Assembly: GCA_951406725.2 (NCBI GenBank)
Contig: OX597821.1
Coordinates: 90,892,001 to 90,956,000, forward strand
Direction: 5' to 3'
DNA from: Octopus vulgaris
Lineage: Eukaryota
DNA length: 64,000 nt
A model generated the notes under the pieces. The model did not search any database. It had not been told where the DNA came from and was given only the letters and a program-made list of their open reading frames with translations. The position numbers and the translations under genes are program-made. This document shows, piece after piece, positions 53,385-64,000 of the stretch; the first letter of the stretch is position 1; every line of letters begins with the position of its first letter.

Positions 53385-56300
53385 AGAAGTTCCCTGTTCA
53401 ACACTCGCTGGTAATATTTAAATTTGGTTAAAAAAGATGACGAAGATTTCGTTAACAGAGTGTGAGAAATTCAAATTGAAGGAGTTGATCTCGGATATGC
53501 TCAAGTGTTAAATTTTCTTTCAAGGGCTTACTGCAAACAAAGATGCAGATATATGTTCCCAGATATTAACAAAAGTAGAAAAGGACCAAAAATTAGCTTC
53601 ATAAGCAGTAACAGAAGAATGGCTGAGGATTATAAATCCATGATATGACGCAGATAAAATTGATGAGTGAGATAGCTCTCATGTTCAAGTTTGTCGACCG
53701 GTAACGAATAAGAAAAAAGAGAAAAGATGTGAAGACTAAATCCATGATATGTTTGCTGTGGTCTACATTTTAAAAATAACCGTTCGTTTAAAAATATAAA
53801 ATGCTTCAAGTGCGGTAAAATGGGCCATAAAAAGTCACATTGTAGAACCTAAAAAATGATTCGTCAGAAAAAATCACATAAACAGGTTATCGGTGACAAG
53901 AAATACGAACGAGTCTCAAAGGAAACTTGTGTATGTAAAACTTAATAGCACAAACGTAAAATTGCAATTGGATACGGGCAGCGATATCTCGATAATAAAC
54001 ACAGATACATGATAAAAAAAAATCCGCAGGTCTAAATTAAATGAAATTTCGGAAATTTCCCGTGGGGTTTCAAGAAACGAATTATATTTTAAGGGTGAAT
54101 GAATAAGTAACATTACATTTCTGGAAAAAAAAACCTTAAGAGCTAAATAATACCACAAATTTATTCAGAACCGGCTGGATGGAATTATTTAACTTATGAA
54201 ACCTCCCCCATAAATCTTTCCGGTAAAAATGTAAATAGACTTCTCACTAGTACAAATGCGCCGTCAGACGAATTGAAAAAATTATTTTTAAATATTTTTC
54301 CTGAAGTGTTGTCTGACAAATTAGGTCTGCACACCAAAACGAAAGTAGGGCTTCAAATAAAACAAAACGTTACACCGACATTTAAACAAAAACGAATTGA
54401 ACTGTACCGTTCGCAGCATTAGAATAGATAAACTTAGAGCTAGAGAGATTAGAAAAAATTGGAATTATCCAAATAGTGGAATATAGTCAATGGGTATCAC
54501 TAACTGTGTAAAGAATAATAAAATCAGAATGTAAAGTCAGAATAATAAAAAGAATAATAAAATCAGAATGTGTGCTGATTCTTCCACTAGTTTTAACAAA
54601 TATTTGAAAACGTGCCATTCTCCGCTACCTACTCCGGAGGATAATTTTGCGAAATTAAACAGTGGCAAGATACTTTCAAAATTGGATATCTCTGACGCGT
54701 ACCTGCAAATTAGAGTAGGCGATGAATGCTCTAAATACCTAACATTAAATGCACATAAAGGCCTGTATAAATACAACAGGTTACGGTTTGGATTAAAAGT
54801 TGCACCAGCGATTTTTCAACAGATTATGGATGCAATGTTAGTGGACTGTGAATTCGCAATTCCATATTTGGATGATATATTCATTAAAAGGGAATCTAGA
54901 GATCAACACGCAGAGCACATAAAATATGTATTCGAAAGAAATTAGATTAGGGATTACAGTTTTATTTTCAGTGAAGAAAAGTGTGAATTTTTCTTATTGA
55001 AAATAAGATCTTTTGGAAAAATCATTGATAGAAATGGACGTCGACCAGACCCATCGAAGGCAGACGTAATTAAGATGATATGCCCCTGCCGAAAATATTG
55101 CAACCATACAAGCATTTTTAGGACTGACAAGTTATTACCAAAATTATATTCGAAATATGCATAAGGTGAAGGTTTCACTAAATAATCTGCCCAAGAAAAG
55201 GTATGAAATGGGAATGGTCGGAAAGTTGACAAAAGGCGTTTGATGAAATTACAAAAATATTAATATATGATTTGTCGTTCGCGCACTTCGATCCTGCAGT
55301 AGCGATTATTGTAGCCTCAGACGCTACATAAATATAAAGATGGTAGTGGAGGCACAATGGCCCAGTGGTTAGGGCAGCGGAATCGCGGTTTCGATTCCCA
55401 GACCGGGCGTTGTGAGTGTTTATTGAGCGAAAACACCTAAAGCTCCACGAGGCTCCGGCAGGGGATGGTGGTGATCCCTGCTGTACTCTTTCACCACAAC
55501 TTTCTCTCACTCTTACTTCCTGTTTCTGTTGTACCTGTATTCCAAGGGGCCGGCCTTGTCACTCTCTTTGTCACGCTGAATATCCCCGAGAACTACGTTA
55601 AGGGTACACGTGTCTGTGGAGTGCTCATCCACTTACACGTTAATTTCACGAGCAGGCTGTTCCGTTGATTCGGATCAACCGGAACCCTCGTCGTCGTAAC
55701 CGACGGAGTGCTTCCATAAAGATGGTAACATGAAGGTGGTGGTTCATGCTTCATCTTCTCTGATATCAGCAGAGAAAAATTATAGCCAAAAAAAAAAAAA
55801 AGCTCTAGCGATTATTTTTGCCTTGAAAAGATTTCACAGATTTTCACAAGGTAGAAGTTGTCGTCTATAGACTGATCATCGCCCATTATTATCGATATTT
55901 GGGTCAAAGAAAGGAATTCCTATCTATACTGCTGATAGGTTACAACACTGAGTTACGATATTATTAAACTATGATTTCAAGTTGGAATATATACCATCCA
56001 AGAAATTAGGTCATACTGATTGTCTATCAAGTGCGATTTCGAAAAGTGCGGAGCCATTGGAAGATACCGGGATTGCTGTTTTGCGAGGGGAAAATGAAAT
56101 TAAAAATGTTTTGAGAAACGTCATACGTGAGCTGCCAGTTATTTTACAAGACAAAATTAAAATCGGAAAACGATAAATTCATTAAAAAATTGTAAGAAAT
56201 ACTGAAGGCTACACAAAAAATATGCGAACCATTTCTTAATGTGTTACAATGTGTTGATGTATGCACAAAGAGTTGTAGTACCAGCCACACCACAAACGCG

Positions 56301-56890
56301 ATTATTATAAGAATTTCATATTGGTCACCCGGGGTTTTCGGAAGTGAAATCGTTAATGAGAAGTTATGTATACTGGCCAACAATGAACTGTGACATTGAA
56401 GAACTAGTGAAAGCATTCAGATTGAGGGTCTTAGCTCCAAAAGCACGTACCACTAAATGGCAACCGTGGCCAAAAACACATGTTCCATGGATCAGACTGC
56501 ATGTTGATTACGCAAGTCCACTTAAGGTTTCATCTTCCCTTGTTGTGGTGGACAGTTTTCCAAAGTAGCCGAAAGTACATAAATGTAAAAAGCCGACATC
56601 TGCGGTTACAATAAGTTTTCTTACATGAATTGCTCGCCAGGTATGGTAATCCCGATAACATTGTATTTGATAATGGAACTCAATTTACGTCAGATGAGTT
56701 CAGAAAATTTCGTCATCGAACATGTAACCACTCTGCCCTATCATCTTAGGTCAAATGGACAAGTAGAATGTTTTGTTGACACTTTCAAGAGGGCGTTGAA
56801 AAAGGCGAACAATGAAGTGATAGACAATATTGCACTCCAGCAATTTCTAACAGCATACCGAATGACAGCTAATCCGAATACACCAAATAG
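53385..56890 (+). mobile_element. Decayed Gypsy/Ty3 LTR retrotransposon internal region (gag-PR-RT-RH-IN)
   Basis: gag LFNTRW..ECEKFKL, knuckle CFKCGKMGHKKSHC, protease LQLDTGSDISII, RT LDISDAYLQI/FGLKVAPAIFQ/YLDDI, RNase H ASDA and TDHRPLLSIFG, integrase RSYVYWP, RLHVDYA, DNGTQFTS, SNGQVE; many stops and frameshifts; no LTRs seen. Confidence 0.95.
55346..55715 (+). mobile_element. tRNA-derived SINE family C inserted in the Gypsy RNase H
   Basis: gtggaggcacaatggcccagtggttagg..ggtttcgattcc; 12-bp TSD ataaagatggta at 55334-55345 and 55716-55727. Confidence 0.9.
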
Positions 56891-56920
56891 TTTCGTGCTT
56901 TCATGATACTTGAACAGGCT

Positions 56921-57464
56921 ATGTATCTCAATGCAATCTTTCAGGTTCTGTTTAGTTTATTTGCTGGTATAGGTATATTTTTATGAAGTAACCTATGGCA
57001 TATAGATCCATAATAGAGTTTATAAACTTTTGAAGAATCTTTAGAGTCACTCAACATTATCTGTCTGTACGCCAAACAATGTGGAAATTGAATTTGAAAT
57101 AAAAAACCCACGCATTTGTAGATATTTACCTCTCACTGGATGGACTATTTTTCTTGTTTTGTTCATTCTATTGCTATTGGAATTGTAAATTATATACCTC
57201 CAAATACGTCGGATTCTGTTGCAAATTTAATTTCCACATTGCGTGGATTGGAATTGTAAATTATATACCTCCAAATACGTCGGTTTCTGTTGGAAATTTA
57301 ATTTCCACATTGCTTGGTTTATAGCCACATAAAATGAAGTGACTCTAAGGATTCTTCAAAAAGATTTATACATAGATTTATATCCCGTTGATTACTCCTT
57401 AAAATAATATACCCATACTAGCAAATAAGCTAAACAGAGCCTGAAAGATTGCTTTGGGATACAT
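56921..57464. mobile_element. MITE with long imperfect terminal inverted repeats and an internal ~71-bp tandem duplication
   Basis: atgtatctcaatgcaatctttcaggttctgtttag matches the reverse complement of ctaaacagagcctgaaagattgctttgggatacat; duplication at ~57176-57317. Confidence 0.8.
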
Positions 57465-57475
57465 TGTGTAATTAG

Positions 57476-57706
57476 AGGCGGCGAGCTGGCAGAAACGTTA
57501 GCACGCTGGCCGAAATGCGTAGCCGTATTTCGTCTGCCGTTACGTTCTGAGTTCAAATTCCGCCGAGGTCGACTTTGCCTTTCATCCTTTCGGGGTCGAT
57601 AGATAAAGTATCAGTTTCGTACTGGGGTCGATGTAATCGTATTAATCCCTTTGTCTGTCCTTGTTTGTCCCCCCTGTGTTTAGCCCCTTGTGGGCAATAA
57701 AGAAAT
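57476..57706 (+). mobile_element. SINE family A, full length
   Basis: Close match to 1263-1493. Confidence 0.9.
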
Positions 57707-57848
57707 ATATTTAATAAATCATAAGAACACGAAACTACTGCTAGCTTTTCAGTTGTATATTAAATTGAAATGTGTGTGTGTATGTACATACACATCCCCT
57801 AACAAACACATTCCTTTATATATTCATACATACATACGTGCACACACG

Positions 57849-57879
<31 letters not shown>

Positions 57880-58159
57880 TTATTGTTTTTACGTATTTTT
57901 GTATTTTCATTCGTGTAACATCGTCCGTTTTCCGTCCTTGTTTTGTATACATTCGAGGCTTTCTTCCAGGGAATCTAATGCGCTTGGCTTAGATTTTCCT
58001 TTGGGGCTGGCCAGGTCGGAGCAATCTCAAGATTAATCAGCCGAAATTGCGAAGATGATCCGGTTCTTGAATGAAGATTGAAGGCTTCGAATGTCCCGTC
58101 TGTGTTTTTTGTGTCGTCTTCTAAATGTTTCACGTTCTTGTCCCAGTTTGTATTTTTTT

Positions 58160-58318
58160 ACCTTCTTGGGATCTTTCCTTCTCCTTGTTTCCGACGAAGA
58201 GCTCCGCTCGAAACATTAAACCCTCCTTCCCTTCTTTCCTGAGCGTCAAATAATACTTTAATCGTTCCCGTCCTCGCGTTGCTGTGTTTTTTTCTGTGTT
58301 TTCTTGTTTGGATTAACT
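58160..58318 (+). mobile_element. 5'-truncated hammerhead module, same family as 33154 and 61761
   Basis: gttt-CCGACGA-a-GAGC tcc GCTC-GAAA-ca-TT-aaac at 58187-58221; same ggattaact 3' end then (TA)n. Confidence 0.75.
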
Positions 58319-59073
58319 ATATATATATATATATATATACATACACAGACACACATATATAGGAATAGGGCATGCTCAAATCAGTAGGGAAGGAGAGGTG
58401 CTGTGGTAATGCCATATGTATAATGGCAACAACCCATTTGTTGTGGCGATGGCCAATGTAGGTTAGAATTATCAGATAACTACAGGGAGTGGGATCGCGT
58501 TTTAGGGTTTCAACTAAGATACAGACAATAGCAGTTTAGAAAAGTGTGTCGTTGGGAAGGAGTAATACAAAATATTAGGAGGGAGGTTATAGTGTAGAGG
58601 AATAAAGAGATCAGGAGTAATTTTAACTGGTTATAATGGTGTCAGTTATAGAATTAAACCAAAAGTAGTATTGAAAGTGTAAGTTCGCAGAGATTGAATA
58701 AAATATTAAGTTATTATTAGATTCGAATAAAGTGAAGTATAACAGATTAAGATAAAATAAAATTAAATTAAATACACGCAAATAAAATATATTAATTTAA
58801 TTTAACTAACGTTTTTAAATAGATAATGTATAAATTATGAGCTAGGTGAAGAGAGAAAGTATAAGTAATACAGCAAGGTATGACGAGTTAAAACAGATGA
58901 ATACGATAAAAATCTAAATATACTAACTTAATTAAATAAGCTTATGCTATATCTTAACTACGTTTACATAAAAGTAAAGTGTCAGAGAATTATACAGAGA
59001 GGTTCGTCTTACTGCATTTAGATTTGTAGTAAAATCAAAAAGTCTTATAGAATTTATGAACACTAAAGGACAA

Positions 59074-59534
59074 TGGGATCTTTTCCTTTTGAACGGCACA
59101 TGTCAACACAATTTCTAGTTAACTAAACACTTTTAAACTTCCTAAACTGGTAGAATGTGTTTATAAAGCATAATTTTTTCTTGGCTTTATTGAGAAAATT
59201 CTATAGTTTGTAAGATATTTCCACTTTAATTTCGAGCATTTCGGCAATTTTAACCAATCGCTGGAGTCCATTTGGGGTGAAAACATTCCGTGCTGCATGA
59301 ATATGTCCCTCGTTTAAGAAACAGATTGGGTTTATTTACATTTGCGAAGAAAAAAAGATACCCTTCCCCAACCCTAACCCCACCCCTAACCCTAACCCTA
59401 AAACAGATTGAAATGCAATAGATCGATACTAGGGTTATAATTATGGGTGACAATTTCATACGACACCGCTACGGAAAATGGGATTTTTTTCTAGCGGTGT
59501 CAAATGAAAATGTCACACATAATTATAACCCTAG
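59074..59534. mobile_element. Non-autonomous DNA element with (CCCTAA)n tract and terminal ~45-bp inverted repeat
   Basis: ccctaaccc tract at 59367-59401; ctagggttataattatgggtgacaatttcatacgacaccgcta / tagcggtgtcaaatgaaaatgtcacacataattataaccctag. Confidence 0.55.
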
Positions 59535-61440
59535 AGAGAATGCTTCATATTGTGTATTCAATAATTGTGTTGGGTTGTGTTCTTGTATTTGTTTAAATTC
59601 TCTCAAGCATAAACAACACGGAGCATTTTGGTCCTGGTACAGAAGAGTGAATAACGAACCATGTTATATCGTATGGTATATTTGTTCCGAAGTTTGCGTA
59701 TATAGTCAACTAGAGGAGTAGGTCTGCTGTGGTTTTCATATTTGAAAGCATTTAAAATTAACAGTCGCTCCAATGTAAACCTTGTTAGAGTTTTGCTGTC
59801 TGTCTAGTGCCGACTTATATTACGTTACATCTTCTGTAGTTAGCTTGTAAAGGGCAATTATCAAATACTATAAAGTTACAATTGGAACTATTTAGTTTAG
59901 CGTTCTGCTTATTAAGTGAATTACTATCGGTGTAACTAAAAATAACCAATCATGTGTTAAGTTACGTTCGTCCAATTCGTATTCCTCATCTGTGCAATAT
60001 TCTGGGGTGTTGTCAGTGTTATGAATGCTATTATTGTTAAGATTGGCTGTATTAGAAGTATTGGTGATAGAGAACATCGATGTTCCAGTCCCTTGAGAGT
60101 TAATTAATCCTACGCAGTTGCCGTGCTTGGTTGTGTAATCACTATTACTGTTGTTGTTGTTGTTACTGTTGCTGCTGCTGCTGTTGTTGTTGGTGGTGTT
60201 GGTGGTGGTAGTGGTGGTGGTGATGGCAGCGGTGGTGTGTTGTTGTTGTTCGTAGATTGTGAGTTATGTATGTCAAATTTGCGCCTGTTAGATGCAACTA
60301 CGATTTATCTGATATTAGGTGTAGCTGAATAAGATAATTTAAAAGGGGATACATTAAAAATTGAGCGGTATTTATGCTGTGGTAGGAAATTGGATTTAAT
60401 AATGGCGAAAAATTGCTTAGATAGGCCCTTAACATTGAAAGAGAAGAGAATGTATTCCAAAATATAATTCTTCCCCGCTTTTATTTGATAATCTTGGGGC
60501 CATGTAATTGAAGTTCCTAGAAGGTATCTGCAATATGATTTTATCCCCAGGTTTATTTATCGTGTGAGTTCTGTTGGGTTTAAGGCAGGCCGTTGGACGT
60601 GTTCTGCGTGTTGTTTGTTATGGAGTGAGGGACTGAGATTGCATATTTCCATATCTAGTGGGTATTTTTATGTTCGTAGCTTTCGAGAGACTAGAACTAG
60701 GATTTAAATGTGTTGCGTAATTCTTCTTGGTGTTAGGTAAGAATTTTATATTGTGAGAAAACCCACTGGCTGATAGTGCTTGATTATAATAGGTGGCATC
60801 ATCATCATCATTGTTTGACCGTGGTCGATACAATGGAATTTACCATGCTACGCCAGACTTCACGGTCCATCATGGCATTGCGGAGGTCCTGTTGCTGGAT
60901 GCCTGTATCCCTGGAGATTACATCAGGGTAGGTAGGAGAGTGTGCGCCCTCTGGTATTGCGAGTAGATGACTTCCAGAGGAGAAGAGTAGAAATTACCTC
61001 TTTTTCAGCTCTACAACAATGTCCAGCAAACTGGACTCTCTTACCTTTCACAAGAGATGACACAGGTGGTAGTTTCCCATATATTTGCATGTATGCCATA
61101 GGTGGCATACTTATTAAAGACTTTTTCAGTTGCAGACAAATTGGAAATTCTAAAGGAGATACCATAACTTATGCTTTATAAAACAGACATATGGTTATTA
61201 GGGTGATTAGCAACATTCTTTAGATACTCATTAGACATACGGGACTAGAATACAAGAAGAGTTTAAATCAAAGGTTATGTTTCCAAATGTAGTCCTTAAG
61301 TTAAAGTTAGCGAAGTACTTATGGAGAGTTTTTCTGGTTCTCTTGAGTGCCGGTTTCGATAGGCCGGTAGTGATGAGAAGATTGCTGTCACAATAAAGTC
61401 TACCACGATTTGTAGGAAAGTATAGACAAAGCTGTTAACA
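59535..61440 (-). mobile_element. Decayed Penelope-like element of a second lineage (RT C-terminus to GIY-YIG)
   Basis: Minus strand GRLYCDS (cf. GLYRDD), LSATEKVFNKYATYYNQALSASGF, KYRSIFNVSPFKLSYSATPNI, CPLQAN..NVI..KVYIGAT, CCLCLRE. Confidence 0.8.
60800..61097 (-). mobile_element. 5'-truncated RTE LINE 3' end nested in the PLE
   Basis: IYGKLPPVS..RVQFAGHCCRA..LLLWK..AMMDREVWR plus (TGA)n tail; 11-bp TSD ataggtggcat at 60789-60799 and 61098-61108. Confidence 0.9.
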
Positions 61441-61524
61441 GAGGTGTAGCACGACTAGGTCAGTGACCTGAGTTGAGTCGGATGAAGCCATGGATATGCG
61501 GAAAAAAATCAAAATATATATGTG

Positions 61525-61688
61525 GCTGGCTGCTTTCATTTTCCATCCTCCAAATTCACTCGCATGGGCTTGGTCAGTCTGTGGCAATAGTAGAAGACCG
61601 TCGCCAAAGGTTCCATGTGCAATGGGACTGAACCCAAAACCAAGTTATATGGAAGCAAACTTCTTAGCACAGAGTCATGTCTGTGCCT
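61525..61688 (-). mobile_element. 5' part of a degenerate SINE family B
   Basis: ccaaattcactc..gggactgaaccc..cacagagtcatgtctgtgcc. Confidence 0.6.
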
Positions 61689-61760
61689 ATACATACACAC
61701 ACACGCGCACACACAAACAAACACACACACACACAAACATATATATATATATATACATAA

Positions 61761-61976
61761 AGTTAATCCAAACAGGAAAACACAAAGAGAAAACACAACA
61801 ACACGAGGACGTGGAACAAGTATAGTATTATTGGACGCTCAGGGAAGAAGGAAAGAAGAAGGGTTTAACGTTTCGAGCGGAGCTCTTCGTCAGAAACATA
61901 GGAAAAGGAAAGATCCAAAGAAGGGAAGACGGAGGAAAAAATCGCCAACGGTACACACGCGGTCACATTTTGAATG
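61761..61976 (-). mobile_element. ~215-bp hammerhead-containing module
   Basis: Reverse complement of 33154-33357 with the same boundaries. Confidence 0.8.
61863..61897 (-). ncRNA. Minimal type-I hammerhead ribozyme with complete catalytic core
   Basis: GUUU-CUGACGA-A-GAGC UCC GCUC-GAAA-CG-UU-AAAC: stem I GUUU/AAAC, stem II 4 bp, palindromic ACGU in place of stem III, as in PLE hammerheads. Confidence 0.75.
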
Positions 61977-62663
61977 ACATACATACATAGATACGTATAT
62001 GTGTGTGCATATACATGCACACACATACCCATGAACACACACGAACATACATAGATACTAAATGCAATGAACACAAAATAACAGAAGACAACACAGGTAA
62101 AGCAAGCCTTAACAAATGGTGTGTTAACTTAACGCTTGAAAGCAGTGAAAACGTCATAAGTCTTTGACGCTAGTCTTTCATAAGAAGAAAAATATGAAAA
62201 AAGTAGAGAGAAAGAGTGAAAGAGATGCGTAAGTGACTTTTTGAGTGGGTTATTGCGTGTAAAGGTGAGCGAGTGTGAATGTATAGTGGTGCAGGATACT
62301 GGTAGTATTAGGTCTTGGTGTTGATGCGTATGTGTAATCGTATTTGTGAGAGGAAAAGTGTGAAAGTGCTGAGGTAACTGTAGGTGTCAGTGTGAGTAGG
62401 TGGCAGCAGCAGCTGTGAGCAAAAGAAGTTGGTGGCAGGTGTGAGTGTGATGTGAAAACGAAGGTAAGAGGAATGTGGAGATAGTGGTAGAAATGTATGT
62501 AGTGGTTTGAATGTTAGTACTGTTGGGAGAGAAGTGAGAGAAGAAAGGTTAAAAAAAAAAGAAAGAAAGAAATGTTATAATGCAACACTAGCACAAAAGA
62601 AAGAAATGTCTTGTGATTTTGTGAAATACATAGAGTGGCAAGATGAAGGTGAAAGAGATGTGT

Positions 62664-62970
62664 TTGTTTGTTCCTTCTCGAGCCATGCCTGGCTCATAAG
62701 GGTCGGTTTGCCGGTTTCCTTGGCGTATAGGTTCTCCCACCTGGACGGGACGCCAGTCCATCGCAGGTGAGCTGCCAGATGCAGGAGGAAAGAGTGAGAG
62801 AAAGTTGTGGCGAAAGAGTCAGTAGAAGTTTCGCCATTACCTTCTGCTGGAGCCGCGTGGAGCTTAGGTGTTTCGCTCATAAACACACACATCGTCCGGT
62901 CTGAGATTCGAACTCGCAATCCCACGACCGTGAGTCCGCTGCTTTAACCACTAGGCCATGTGCCTCCACT
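62664..62970 (-). mobile_element. SINE family D, full length
   Basis: Reverse complement of 40730-41048; 12-bp TSD aaagagatgtgt at 62652-62663 and 62971-62982. Confidence 0.9.
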
Positions 62971-63129
62971 AAAGAGATGTGTACTCGTGTAGGAATGTGA
63001 GGTAAGGTGTCATAAATTGCATCAAGGGCTTTGTTGTTATCAATGGCTCAAAGTATGTGTCTGCTTTTAGCTTATCGGTAATTGATGCTTTCCTCGATAT
63101 CTCATTCGATGATGTTTAACAATCACAAC

Positions 63130-63490
63130 CTACATTAAAGTACCATCCAAATAATTGCTACCAAGAAAACCATTTGTGTTAATATGACATCTGTGCTTAA
63201 TTCCATGTTCTAATTTGAAAGATTTCCACTATCTCATCCGATATCATTTGATAAACGTGTGTCAATGATATTACGAGCATTTGTGGGGGTTTCGTAACGG
63301 TGGAGTGGATTCCAAATCATTTTCTTCTCAACAATGTTGGAACTTCCTACGAATTCGATGAGGTTTCAGAATTGCTCGATAAGAATCGGGAGTTTAAGAA
63401 TCTGTTCAATACATGATTTATCGCTTTTAAATCCTGCTTGCTCTGCCGTTATCACATGTTTTATGGTGTTTATCATCAAAAACGATCGTT
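63130..63490 (-). mobile_element. RTE LINE RT fragment, decayed
   Basis: Minus strand ITAEQAGFKSDKSCIEQILKLPILIEQ. Confidence 0.7.
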
Positions 63491-64000
63491 ATAAATCGTT
63501 GAATGATTGATAGGGCCCTGATACAAAGCACTTTTGGCACTAGAACGAACTCCTTTTTTATTAGTTAGGCTTCTTTCTACCCTTTCCATCAGCACTTTGT
63601 GTCTCATCCATATCTGCTATAGTAGCGTTAGCAAATTGACAGTGCCGTTGATATCATATCCAGATACATGCACTTGCACCCCACCCTCACAAACACAATC
63701 ACACGCATAATCATTCATATATAGACAGATAAGGGTATCGATTGGCTGATTCTTTAGAGCATTGAATGCAATGCTTTGTAATATTTGTTTCGGCTTATGC
63801 ACTGACATCCAACCGATGTCAGGTTTGCATTTTATCCTTTCGGAGTCGATATATAAAGTTCTAGTCAATTACTGAGGTACTCTCTTCTTCTACAAACCCC
63901 TCTTCTTTCTCTCTCCCTCCTTCCCCCCTTTCTCTCTCTCTCACTCTCTCATCATTTCTCCACTCTCCCATTTTCTCATTAATGGAATTGGCTGTATTCA

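Noticed and set aside
54568-54945. Open RT reading frame as a functional or domesticated gene
   Set aside because: Only a stop-free piece of a Gypsy pol broken by stops, frameshifts, a deletion and a SINE
59367-59401. True telomere or chromosome-fusion scar
   Set aside because: Only a few degenerate units, embedded in an apparent mobile element

Overview
AT-rich, repeat-dense eukaryotic DNA with no intact protein-coding gene. Nearly all of the supplied ORFs are translations of microsatellites or repeats. The SINE families, RTE/CR1/R4-Dong LINE debris and dense (TA)n/(TATG)n/(CAT)n tracts look like an octopod (Octopus-like) genome; this is inferred from recalled repeat families. Recognisable content: four tRNA-headed SINE types (several with clear target-site duplications, TSDs), at least five decayed Penelope-like element (PLE, GIY-YIG) copies, a decayed Gypsy/Ty3 gag-pol, a non-autonomous Helitron, MITE/fold-back elements, a hAT remnant and a tandem array of LINE 3' ends. 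The most interesting signal is a dispersed set of about 12 minimal type-I hammerhead ribozyme (HHR) motifs. Some lie in short ~210-bp modules inserted in (TA)n; the copy at 61863-61897 has a complete core. Others lie in a PLE 3' region that carries an internal tRNA-like Pol III promoter just upstream of the ribozyme, and one copy (25174) begins at that tRNA, suggesting a Penelope-mobilised, ribozyme-bearing SINE. A possible 9-nt microexon (41751-41759) hints that the window is intronic. All calls are by eye; no searches or folding programs were run.
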